Sequence record: NC_042098.1
Direction: 5' to 3' (one strand)
DNA length: 64,000 bases
Shown one piece after another: positions 55,549 to 64,000 of this stretch. Under the pieces are notes generated by a model. The model searched no databases. It had not been told where the DNA came from and saw only the letters and a program-made list of their open reading frames with translations. Made by a program: the position numbers and the translations under genes. Each line of letters opens with the position of its first letter. The stretch's first letter is position 1.

Positions 55549-57660
55549 ATGGATTTATTCATTAACCACCCGAGTGAGTATAAACGCGATTACCGTATTT
55601 ATCATCACTACGTTGAAGGAAAGGCACTTGCCATTTCCAAGATCACCGGCCGTCCGCTTGATGAAGCACGTGAGTACGTTACCCGTGTTACCGGCGAGAC
55701 CGGGAAGTTTGCGTTACAAGATCCCCGGGTTAAAATCCTGGTGCGGAACAAAGTGGGTGACCGTGAACTGAAGTACACCACCTTTAATAAGTTTCTGAAG
55801 GCCGTAGAGGACCGTGGTGCGATTTTATCGCCGAGCCTGACTGCTTACCTACATCCGAAAGAGAAGGTCTCACAATACGCTGTATCGACTGATAAGAACA
55901 TCAAAGCGCGTAAAGTGATTAAGCATGAGATGTTCATCGCCGAGCAACGCGGCGACATGGTGACCAAGAACGTAAAAGAGATCATGCAGACTGGGCGTAA
56001 GCTCACCAACAACGGAATGTCCGGCGGGTTCTGTACTGCATCGACGCCGTTCTTCTGCCGATCAGCCCACAGCTCACTGACCTCCTGCTGTCGTAGTGCT
56101 ACCAGTTCCACCAATGCCTTCAACGAGAAGTTCTTGGCCGGGAACCGCCACTACTACAGTCCCGAGATTACCATTGAGTCGATTACTACGCTGATCCGTT
56201 TCAGTGACCTGGAGAAAATCCAGGCGGTCATGACCGAGTTTAATCTGCAAGCACCAACCGTCACACAGACCATGGCCTGTATCTATCGCAGTACTCGGCG
56301 CTATTGGTCTGACAAGTACTTCATGGGGGTGATCTTAAAACTCATTGAAGGGTTGACGGATGTTGAACGTGCAGCCTTCATGTTTGTCTCCGATCTCTAT
56401 CACCTGCGTGAAGTCAACCCGGACTTTGTGCGCAAGTTCTTAATCGATCTGGCAGAACGCAGTGAAGAACAGCTGGCTGACGATGTGAAGATGAAGGATG
56501 GGGATTGCCGTATCCTGGCAACCATGAAGTGTGCGGACGATATCGCGCGTATCGGGACAAAGAACCTGGAGCACAGCGAGGAGTTCAAAGCACGCCTGAA
56601 AGCGAACTATGTATTGAGTGAACGCAACATCACGCAATATGAATCGTTCATCCGTGCTTTCTTTGTTACCAAGAACACCCCGACCAGTATTGCCATGATG
56701 CCGCACCATGTGCGTGAAGTGGTATTGGCATCCGATACCGACTCCTCAATCTTTACCGAGCAGATCTGGATTGACTGGATTCAGCCAGACTACTCCAAAC
56801 GCCAGGAACGTATCCAGGTAAACGCCGCAGTAACTTTCCTGATCTCGCAGCAGGTCGTGCATTTACTGGCAATCGTTTCCGGTAACATCGGGGTAGCGGA
56901 CGAACATCTGTTCCGTCTGGCAATGAAGAACGAATACTACTTCGAAACGTTTGTGTTGACCAATATGGGTAAACACTACTTTGCGACCCAGGCTGCCCGT
57001 GAAGGGAACTTCTTCCCGAAACCCAAGCTTGAGCTCAAGGGTGTGCACCTACGCAACTCTAACGTACCGAAAGAGATCCGAGACCGCGGTAACAAACTGA
57101 TCAACGACATCCTGGATAAGTCCAACGTCAATGAGCAGTTCTCGGTGGTAGATCTGTTAAACCAGGTTGGGGATATAGAGCGCTTCATCATCAACTCCAT
57201 TACCAAAGGCGAGACGATCTTCTTAACCAAAGCCACGATCAAGGATAAGGGGTCTTACGCTAAACCGTACAGTTCAAACTACTACCACTACTGTATGTGG
57301 CAGGAAGTCTTTGCTGAGAAATACGGTCAAGCACCGCCATTGCAATACATTGGCCTGAAAGCTAAGTTGGGTCTGAGCTCACAAACCGCCGTGAACGATT
57401 GGCTGGACAGCTTAGACGACCAAGCCCTGGCTGAGCGTATGCGTAAGTTCTTAGTGAAGTACGGCAAGAAGTCGATCACCCAGGTGGTCATGCCGGCAGA
57501 TATCGTGATGAACATGGGCGTACCGCCTGAGATCATTGCCGGTATCGATCTGCGTAACCTGATCATGGAGAACCTGTCCATGGTGTATTCGTGTCTTGAA
57601 TCGCTAGGTCTTTATTACGTAAACGACAACGCAACCAAACTGGTATCTGACGAACATTAA
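55549..57660 (+). CDS. Family B DNA polymerase, polymerase-domain subunit (phiKZ gp50-like)
   Basis: KLTNNGMSG (motif B variant), LASDTDSSIF (DTDS motif C), KHYFA...LELKGV; no exonuclease domain apparent. Confidence 0.88.
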   Translation: MDLFINHPSEYKRDYRIYHHYVEGKALAISKITGRPLDEAREYVTRVTGETGKFALQDPRVKILVRNKVGDRELKYTTFNKFLKAVEDRGAILSPSLTAYLHPKEKVSQYAVSTDKNIKARKVIKHEMFIAEQRGDMVTKNVKEIMQTGRKLTNNGMSGGFCTASTPFFCRSAHSSLTSCCRSATSSTNAFNEKFLAGNRHYYSPEITIESITTLIRFSDLEKIQAVMTEFNLQAPTVTQTMACIYRSTRRYWSDKYFMGVILKLIEGLTDVERAAFMFVSDLYHLREVNPDFVRKFLIDLAERSEEQLADDVKMKDGDCRILATMKCADDIARIGTKNLEHSEEFKARLKANYVLSERNITQYESFIRAFFVTKNTPTSIAMMPHHVREVVLASDTDSSIFTEQIWIDWIQPDYSKRQERIQVNAAVTFLISQQVVHLLAIVSGNIGVADEHLFRLAMKNEYYFETFVLTNMGKHYFATQAAREGNFFPKPKLELKGVHLRNSNVPKEIRDRGNKLINDILDKSNVNEQFSVVDLLNQVGDIERFIINSITKGETIFLTKATIKDKGSYAKPYSSNYYHYCMWQEVFAEKYGQAPPLQYIGLKAKLGLSSQTAVNDWLDSLDDQALAERMRKFLVKYGKKSITQVVMPADIVMNMGVPPEIIAGIDLRNLIMENLSMVYSCLESLGLYYVNDNATKLVSDEH

Positions 57661-57667
57661 TCTCCGT

Positions 57668-57725
57668 CGGCATAAAGGCCTCTTAGCGGGATAACCCCCG
57701 CTAAGAGCGCCCTTTTATTTATGTG
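57668..57725. terminator. Bidirectional hairpin terminator
   Basis: GGCATAA...CTCTTAGCGGG-ATAAC-CCCGCTAAGAG...TTATGT between convergent genes. Confidence 0.72.
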
Positions 57726-58831
57726 TCTTTGCCGGTGATCATATTCTGGATATGGGTCAGCTCGTAATCGATGGTGTTCTTGACCTTGCTGGTTAAACCA
57801 CTCAGATAGAAGGTGTTGTCTGACCGGATGCGTTGAATGGCGTGCAAGATGGTGTTAAAGTTCGCGCCCTCTTTTCGCCGTTTAAACGACACCTCCAGCT
57901 CCACCAGGAAATCGATTACCCAGGTACGGGCAATGATCCACGCCCAACGGTTCTGTCGCATTTCCATGTCAATCGGTAACCGGATCGCATCATGCCCGTT
58001 TCGCCAGACAGTGGGGATATGCAGTAACACCGCTTCAAAGAACCGCTGACTGCGTTGGAGCTCCACCACAGTTCTAACAATCACCTGATCGGTGATGGCC
58101 AGTTCATCGTTGAGCCAGAAGCTTTGTCTGACATTGCGGGTTTCCCGTAAGTCATTCTCATAGCGACCGATAAAGCGATTGAAGATGGCGATGTCATTGT
58201 GGGACTTGAGCAGGTTGGGGATCGGATACTTGGTGACGAACAGATAGGGCGCGGGTGCTGTTGCGCCATCTTTGGTTTGCTCACGCAACCACATCAAGTA
58301 CTGCAGTGCTAATAAAGGAATGTTGATACTGAGTACCGCTATCCCTGAGCCGCCTAAGTCATGCTTCTTACAGAGCAAGCCGTAGTAGGTGACATTATAA
58401 GGATGGCGATGGACTTTGATCGGTTCCGCATCTTGCCAGTTATACAGCATCTCCGGTTTAAACGGTTCAGAGTTGGTGATGATGATCTCATCTACCGAGT
58501 CGTCGTAGAACTGAGAGCGCACGATGGCACCAAAGCGTGTGGCGCTGGTTAAGTTGAATTTATTACCATAGCGGTAATCCACGGCCCGTAGGTCATCGTA
58601 GTACTTTCGTACATTATCGAGAGATAATTGTGTAAGACTGCCGCCTGGTAGTGGTAACTCCTTTATGAGCTTCACCACCAGATGGTTATTCAATATGGAA
58701 TTCTCGTTTGACCGCCAATGGTTAAGCGCACGTTCCATATTGCGATGGGAAATATCGACAAGTCTTTTGTGCAGCGGCGTCAACATGCTACCGTAATTGG
58801 TAGTGACGTCAGAGGCAAATAGGTTAAGCAT
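57719..58831 (-). CDS. Conserved phiKZ-like protein (370 aa; gp52-like by synteny)
   Basis: Minus-strand gene between DNA polymerase and chimallin; RBS AGAGGT. Confidence 0.6.
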   Translation of the reverse strand: MLNLFASDVTTNYGSMLTPLHKRLVDISHRNMERALNHWRSNENSILNNHLVVKLIKELPLPGGSLTQLSLDNVRKYYDDLRAVDYRYGNKFNLTSATRFGAIVRSQFYDDSVDEIIITNSEPFKPEMLYNWQDAEPIKVHRHPYNVTYYGLLCKKHDLGGSGIAVLSINIPLLALQYLMWLREQTKDGATAPAPYLFVTKYPIPNLLKSHNDIAIFNRFIGRYENDLRETRNVRQSFWLNDELAITDQVIVRTVVELQRSQRFFEAVLLHIPTVWRNGHDAIRLPIDMEMRQNRWAWIIARTWVIDFLVELEVSFKRRKEGANFNTILHAIQRIRSDNTFYLSGLTSKVKNTIDYELTHIQNMITGKDT

Positions 58832-58976
58832 ACGACCTCTATTGACTATATGTAAAAGTGTACATGGCTCGAGTATATATTATGTAAGAGGTCACACTCT
58901 TGACTCCCTGTTCACGCAGGGGGTCGAACTGAGGGTAATGCTGCCTCAAAAGGTAAATTCAAAAAAATTACAAGTC

Positions 58977-58984
58977 TATATTAC
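58977..58984 (+). promoter_or_regulatory. Early promoter motif TATATTAC upstream of chimallin
   Basis: Exact motif; a second TATATTAT lies at 58876-58883. Confidence 0.65.
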
Positions 58985-59053
58985 GTATGTGTATAGAGTA
59001 ATCTATGCAACATTAGCTAATGTAAACTTGCAAGTAAATTAAAAGGAATCGGT

Positions 59054-61189
59054 ATGAAAACTCCTGAAGGCGAAAACAAGGCACAGGGTCAGCAGCCATC
59101 TGACCAGCAGCAGCCTAACAATTCGGCAATGGGTGATGCGCTACTACAAGCGCAACAGAGGCAGAGTCAGCAGCCACAGCAGCAGCAAACTCCGCCTCAA
59201 CAAGCGCCGCAGTCAGCACCTCAACCAGTGCAAGCAACAACCCAGCAACAGCAACACACCCCACAATTTCATCAGACTGCAGGTAACAGCACCGTGAACA
59301 ACACAACTAACAACACCAACACCGAACAACAGCAGCCGCGTCAGTCACGCATTTACGGCATGAACGAACGCCGTTCTCGTATCTTCGACGCGACCGCGTT
59401 TGGTGAAAACTTTAAGATCGCGCTGGAAGCGACCAAAGAAGTGCTGGAAGGCTACGAAGATAAAGGTTTCAACAAATCTTTCTTCCTGGTTCCTGTTGCT
59501 GACGCAACCCTGCACTGCAATGGCCTGGCGTATGCGTCTGTGTTCAACTTCGGCGGTAGCACCAAAGCGATCGTCTACACCCTGATGCTGGAAAACACCG
59601 GTTCTCCACTGAAGCCACAGCGCGGTAACGATCCACTGACGGGCGAACCGTTTGAGATCCCACGCATGACCGGTTCTCAGTACGACAACACCTACTGGGC
59701 TCGTGTAGCACAGCTGGTCGCGCACCGTGTTGGTAACAACGCAGAAGTGCTGGATGCTGGCGCCTGTGTGGTGCACGCTGAGATGAAGTGGGACGACAAG
59801 TCTGCGATCAAACAGCTGCTGAACAACGCAGAAAACGCCACCATGGCGTATGCGAACAGCCTGTCTGGTTACCGTATCGAACCACCATTCAACATCGCGC
59901 AGGAAGTGGACCCGAACATCGACCGCATCACCGCGGGCTTTAACTTCAATCCACAGCCGCTGTTCACTGTTGATGGTCAGCCGATCCGTAACGACGTCGA
60001 AGTGAAACTGTCTGCTTACGCAGAAGGCGCAGGCCAGGTTCAGACCACCGAAGCCATCACCACCGTGAACGGCTATGTTGAGCTGATCGCTGCACCACAG
60101 CAGCAGATGGGTTATCAGCAGCAGATGATGATGGGTATGAACCCGCAGCAGGCGATGCAGTTCTACCGTCGCTTCTACCCGCAGTTCACCATCACTTCAA
60201 CTGGTACCGGTATCTCTAACGCACAGGGTCCTGAGTTCCAGCTGCTGGCGCTGTTCGCTGCTTCACTGATTGGTGAAAACAGCAACTGGCACCATGCGTT
60301 TGCGCCGAAGATGGTAAACGGTGTCGATATCAACGATATCGGTGCGATCAACTACGAACTGAAAATGGGTCTGGAAAGCCCAGATGACCGTCCGAAGAAG
60401 ATCATCACCAAAGACCACAGCTTCACCACGCAGGCTCTGCATCAGCTGCTGTACACCGCATGCCACGAATCCATGTCAATCGCGATCGACATCGAAGAGA
60501 CCGGCACGCGTACCTGGGTTAACTCCATGCTGCTTCTGGCTGGCGGTCAACCAAACGGTAATGCTGCAGCACTGAGCCCACAGGGTCAGCAGGCGCACAA
60601 AGCGATCATCCAGGCGGCGAACAACCTGACCAACGGTGAGTTCAGCAAACACTTCACCGATCAGAACCAGCTGATTGCTGTACGTGACGGTACCCGTATT
60701 CAGGGTGGTTTCTACGTCTCTAAAGACAACCATCAGAAAATGGATATCCGTAACGTCGACCTGCTGGCGGTTCTGAACTTCGTCGGTGAAACTGATCCGC
60801 GCATCGTGGAAGAGTGGAAAATCATCACCAGCTCTACTTCTGGTATGTCTACTCCGAAACGTGTCGCGCTGCGTCAGCAGAAACTGCAGCAGCTGCTGGG
60901 TGAGTCTTTCGTCCTGAAAGCTTACTACGAGCGTGTAGTGATCAACTGGGCATTCATGGATGCTCTGCGTAAAGCAATCACTGCAGCAGGCCTGATCGTG
61001 CGTCCGGAAAACACCAACATGCAGTACAACGTACAGAGCTACGGCACACCAATGGCGCAGCTGTACGGCATGCCTACCAACATCGGCAGCTCACTGCAGC
61101 AGGGCGCTTACGCAACCGACAACCAAGGTCGCGTAGTGAACATGGCAGCGTTCCGTACTGGTGGTGCATTCGGTACGTTCAACGGCTAA
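59054..61189 (+). CDS. chmA: Chimallin (ChmA), major nuclear shell protein
   Basis: 711 aa with strongly biased codons, directly upstream of nvRNAP beta' as in phiKZ gp54/gp55. Fold-typical stretches (VYTLMLE...P, YPQFTIT, LLALFAA, GPEFQLL) and an aromatic/Gly C-terminal tail. Confidence 0.85.
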   Translation: MKTPEGENKAQGQQPSDQQQPNNSAMGDALLQAQQRQSQQPQQQQTPPQQAPQSAPQPVQATTQQQQHTPQFHQTAGNSTVNNTTNNTNTEQQQPRQSRIYGMNERRSRIFDATAFGENFKIALEATKEVLEGYEDKGFNKSFFLVPVADATLHCNGLAYASVFNFGGSTKAIVYTLMLENTGSPLKPQRGNDPLTGEPFEIPRMTGSQYDNTYWARVAQLVAHRVGNNAEVLDAGACVVHAEMKWDDKSAIKQLLNNAENATMAYANSLSGYRIEPPFNIAQEVDPNIDRITAGFNFNPQPLFTVDGQPIRNDVEVKLSAYAEGAGQVQTTEAITTVNGYVELIAAPQQQMGYQQQMMMGMNPQQAMQFYRRFYPQFTITSTGTGISNAQGPEFQLLALFAASLIGENSNWHHAFAPKMVNGVDINDIGAINYELKMGLESPDDRPKKIITKDHSFTTQALHQLLYTACHESMSIAIDIEETGTRTWVNSMLLLAGGQPNGNAAALSPQGQQAHKAIIQAANNLTNGEFSKHFTDQNQLIAVRDGTRIQGGFYVSKDNHQKMDIRNVDLLAVLNFVGETDPRIVEEWKIITSSTSGMSTPKRVALRQQKLQQLLGESFVLKAYYERVVINWAFMDALRKAITAAGLIVRPENTNMQYNVQSYGTPMAQLYGMPTNIGSSLQQGAYATDNQGRVVNMAAFRTGGAFGTFNG

Positions 61190-61220
61190 TCCGGCGTTGT
61201 AAGCAAGCAGTAACATGAAC

Positions 61221-61254
61221 GGGTAGGCGGGAAACCGCCTACCTTGTTTATGCC
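61221..61254 (+). terminator. Hairpin plus TTATGCC
   Basis: GGTAGGCGG-GAAA-CCGCCTACC...TTATGCC. Confidence 0.78.
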
Positions 61255-61294
61255 CACTTTATTTTTTAGTAGTACGTAAAAAGGAAAACCGGTA

Positions 61295-62782
61295 ATGATG
61301 CATGAAATGCAAGCAGCGCAACCGGCACTCGTGCAAGAAGGTGGTTTGACAGCGGTTGTGGGAAACCATGACCAACACTTCTTCATGTTGTCGCGTCCAC
61401 CCATCATTGCTAACGACTATGACCTCTCGATCGAAGCTGACCGACAAGCCCTGAATAACCATCTGCGGGTGAGTTATGATACGGACATGTTCAGTGTCAA
61501 GCCGAAGTGTCAGTGTGGACATACCAGCGGCGGTGATAAAGTTGGAAAGCTGTGTGTAAAGTGCGGCACGAAGGTCACTACCGTAACCGAAGAAGAGATT
61601 GAGTCTCAGCTCTGGTTACGCAAGCCTGAAGGTGTAAAGGGCTTCATTAACCCACAGTTATGGTTATTGTTCTTTGAACCGTTTAATGTCAAAGGGTTCA
61701 ATCCAATGGAGTGGTTTGCAGACCGTTCCTATACTCCAGCCAAGGGGGGTATGGATTACAAGAACAAAGATGTGTACAAAGTCTGCGCGGACATGGGTAT
61801 CGAACGAGGCATAAACTCCTTGTACGATAACTTTGACGCTATCGTAACAAACCTACTTAACTCTCCGGTCGTGCGTGATCAGGTCACGTCACAAGAAGTG
61901 CTGCGTCAACGTTCTGATTTGTTTATTAAATACCGTGATCGTTTCTTCTGTGAACACTTACCGATGCCCTCCAAGCTGATGTTTGTGGTGGAATCCAATG
62001 CAACCGGTCGCTATGCTGCCCCTGAGATGAAACTGGCTCTGGATGCAGCGTTAACCGTCTGTTCAGCAAAACGCCAACTGCATACGGTGCGGGATGTGCG
62101 CTTTAATGAAAGCATTGCGATTAAAGTGGTCCGTCAGATCTCGAAGTTCTATGCGACACATGACAGTGACAACTTTGCGGGTAAGTTAGGGTTACTGCGT
62201 AAGAACATTGCTGGGGCAAAACATCCGTGGACCGGTCGTTGTGTGATTACCTCGCACACGGGCGACCATGACATGGATGAAGTGATCCTACCACGTTGTT
62301 TGGCGATCCCGATGTTGAAATACCACATCATCAACAAACTGCGTCGTCGGAACTACACCCCAACACAATGCCTCAAACTGATCCAGGCGGGTATTAAGCA
62401 AACCATCCCAGTGATCGATGAGGTGTTAGATGAACTCCTCGCAGAAAGCCCTACAGCGTCGATACGGGTATATGTGCAACGAAACCCAACCCTGCGTTGG
62501 TTATCGAACCGCCGGTTCCATTGCCGAACCATCAACCGTGATCCAAATGACATCAGTATCCGTATCAGTACCTTATCTATCAAATCCTCGAATGCGGACT
62601 TTGATGGCGATGAACTGAACGTGATGTTACAACTGGATAACGTCTCAGCGAACTATGCGGAAGCGTTCGGTTCACACAACTGTGTGCTGGACATGAACAC
62701 CCCGCTGAAGATCTCTGGTGACGTGGGCCTGCCGGGTACATTGATCTCGACCATGAACCGTTGGATGTACAGTAACGACTAA
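61295..62782 (+). CDS. Non-virion RNA polymerase beta' N-terminal/catalytic subunit (phiKZ gp55-56.1-like)
   Basis: Zn finger CQCGH...CVKC, GKLGLLRKNIAG...GRCVIT, QRNPTL, catalytic NADFDGD. Confidence 0.92.
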   Translation: MMHEMQAAQPALVQEGGLTAVVGNHDQHFFMLSRPPIIANDYDLSIEADRQALNNHLRVSYDTDMFSVKPKCQCGHTSGGDKVGKLCVKCGTKVTTVTEEEIESQLWLRKPEGVKGFINPQLWLLFFEPFNVKGFNPMEWFADRSYTPAKGGMDYKNKDVYKVCADMGIERGINSLYDNFDAIVTNLLNSPVVRDQVTSQEVLRQRSDLFIKYRDRFFCEHLPMPSKLMFVVESNATGRYAAPEMKLALDAALTVCSAKRQLHTVRDVRFNESIAIKVVRQISKFYATHDSDNFAGKLGLLRKNIAGAKHPWTGRCVITSHTGDHDMDEVILPRCLAIPMLKYHIINKLRRRNYTPTQCLKLIQAGIKQTIPVIDEVLDELLAESPTASIRVYVQRNPTLRWLSNRRFHCRTINRDPNDISIRISTLSIKSSNADFDGDELNVMLQLDNVSANYAEAFGSHNCVLDMNTPLKISGDVGLPGTLISTMNRWMYSND

Positions 62783-62833
62783 ACTTATGGCCAGGGGTAA
62801 TTCCCTGGCCTTATTACCGACGGGATATTTTTT

Positions 62834-63481
62834 ATGGATAATTTGCTCGAAAGGGGACGGTTTCTTCTTGAGAACACCGCAGCCGCCATGAACCCTTATC
62901 CTTACACGATCATTTTCGTCACCACCCCAATGGATTGGGATGCCGTGGTCACTGCCATGCATGCTAATGATCCTGCAGCAAACATCATTAAACATAAAGG
63001 ACAGTTCACGACCCAACGTGATTACCAATATGTCATTTATCGAGATGAACATTGGTATATCGCTGCCGCGAACATGGGAAGTCTACCTTACAACCATTAC
63101 TACACCGGTGCGATGCTCGGCATTGCCATGGACCTGGGGCATGAGATTATTATCGATATCAGCAACCGCATCGGGAATGACGCGACTGCGGCCCCAGCGA
63201 TAACGGCGATCATGCACGATTGGTTTATGGTTAACTGGCGGGAAGCTGTGTGCGTGACCCACGAGAACTACCTGGCGTTTATTCCGGACGATGATTACTT
63301 GTACTTGAGTAACAACAAAAAGATACTCGGGCAGGTGATTCGCGCACAAGAACAACTGGGATCACCTTTAGCATTGACGTCGGCGTTACAGCGTGAGTGT
63401 CAACGTCTGATGAACACCCAGGTGGTGATCGCACCCACAGGCTGGAACGCTACTACGTATTACAGCGGAGGTGAGGTATGA
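62834..63481 (+). CDS. Hypothetical protein (215 aa)
   Basis: ORF after the hairpin GGCCAGGG-GTAAT-TCCCTGGCC. Confidence 0.68.
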   Translation: MDNLLERGRFLLENTAAAMNPYPYTIIFVTTPMDWDAVVTAMHANDPAANIIKHKGQFTTQRDYQYVIYRDEHWYIAAANMGSLPYNHYYTGAMLGIAMDLGHEIIIDISNRIGNDATAAPAITAIMHDWFMVNWREAVCVTHENYLAFIPDDDYLYLSNNKKILGQVIRAQEQLGSPLALTSALQRECQRLMNTQVVIAPTGWNATTYYSGGEV

Positions 63482-64000
63482 CGTTTGCTGAAGCTGAACA
63501 GTATATTTACAGTCTCAGTCAAGACGGCGGGGTCTATAAACAAGGGTTCATCTTTGTGTTTGATCCCGAGTCGTGGGATAAGGTGAACAGGGCGTTGGAT
63601 ATCCTGGACAATAACCGCGGGATCTGGGGGAAGAACGTTGGACAGTTCACCACCGCCGGCATGACGTCCTACGGGCCGGTGTCAGCGAGGCTTAAAGGGT
63701 ATATCGTTATTGCCGTCCATTTCACGGGTGAGCGTAAGCTGTTCAATCCAGGGTATCTGCAGCATGTGTTGAATACCGCCACCCATGAGTTGGTCCATGC
63801 TGCTCAGTTCGCTGTTCGGGCGCAGAGCTACCATGATCCGTTGATTGCTGTAGAACCACTGGCTTACCTGACCGGTTGGTTAATGGAGAAATGGATTTAT
63901 GCAGTGTGGGAGAAGTTTAACGTCACCATCTCAGTAACCCCTGCTACTACCGGTCCACTGTCGTACAACATCCTGTTTGACCTGTTGTATCGGTTCAATG
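63478..64000 (+). CDS. HExxH-containing putative zinc metallopeptidase-like protein, 3' truncated
   Basis: RBS GAGGT and ATGA overlap; ...TATHELVHAAQF...EPLAYL...; open to the window end; absent from the ORF track. Confidence 0.6.
   Translation, partial: MTFAEAEQYIYSLSQDGGVYKQGFIFVFDPESWDKVNRALDILDNNRGIWGKNVGQFTTAGMTSYGPVSARLKGYIVIAVHFTGERKLFNPGYLQHVLNTATHELVHAAQFAVRAQSYHDPLIAVEPLAYLTGWLMEKWIYAVWEKFNVTISVTPATTGPLSYNILFDLLYRFN

Noticed and set aside
29211-57660. Inteins, group I introns or homing endonucleases in terminase, polymerases or sheath
   Set aside because: The ORFs are continuous and of expected length; no LAGLIDADG, HNH, GIY-YIG or C...HN intein signatures were seen.
16276-61254. 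TTATGC tails as phiKZ-type late promoters (TATG)
   Set aside because: At convergent junctions they point antisense into the opposing gene on both strands and always follow a hairpin, which fits termination better. A dual role at single sites such as 29202 is not excluded.
1-64000. Stop-codon reassignment (alternative genetic code)
   Set aside because: Core genes are full length under the standard code and TAA, TAG and TGA all terminate genes normally.

Overview
This window is part of the genome of a phiKZ-like, nucleus-forming jumbo phage (Chimalliviridae; roughly 50% GC by eye). The PhuZ to DNA polymerase to chimallin to nvRNAP gene spacing resembles my recollection of Erwinia phage RAY (Agricanvirus), which is unverified. 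Left part (1-16 kb): N-terminal ~1746 codons of the tape-measure protein on the minus strand (missed by the ORF track), virion RNA polymerase subunits, an endolysin, head proteins and the prohead protease. 20.7-34.7 kb: tail tube, tail sheath, baseplate-type proteins, large terminase and protease-processed head proteins. 34.7-48.4 kb: an early accessory region of small hypothetical genes with unusually long, highly structured intergenic tracts. 49.4-64 kb: PhuZ tubulin, an array of small acidic genes, family-B DNA polymerase, chimallin and a non-virion RNAP beta' subunit. The most striking element is a ~1.9 kb ORF-poor locus (44399-46313) directly behind a DIP1984-like coiled-coil gene. It holds a circularly permuted tRNA mimic (Y-RNA/YrlA-like topology) between two H-type pseudoknots, a run of 7-8 nt A-rich repeats, a second T-arm module and a complete type I hammerhead ribozyme. 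Genome-wide signals also stand out: hairpin terminators followed by TTATGC instead of poly-U, a TATATTAC early promoter, and a G-[LMI]-E protease motif. All protein assignments come from motif recognition and gene order only; no database searches were run.
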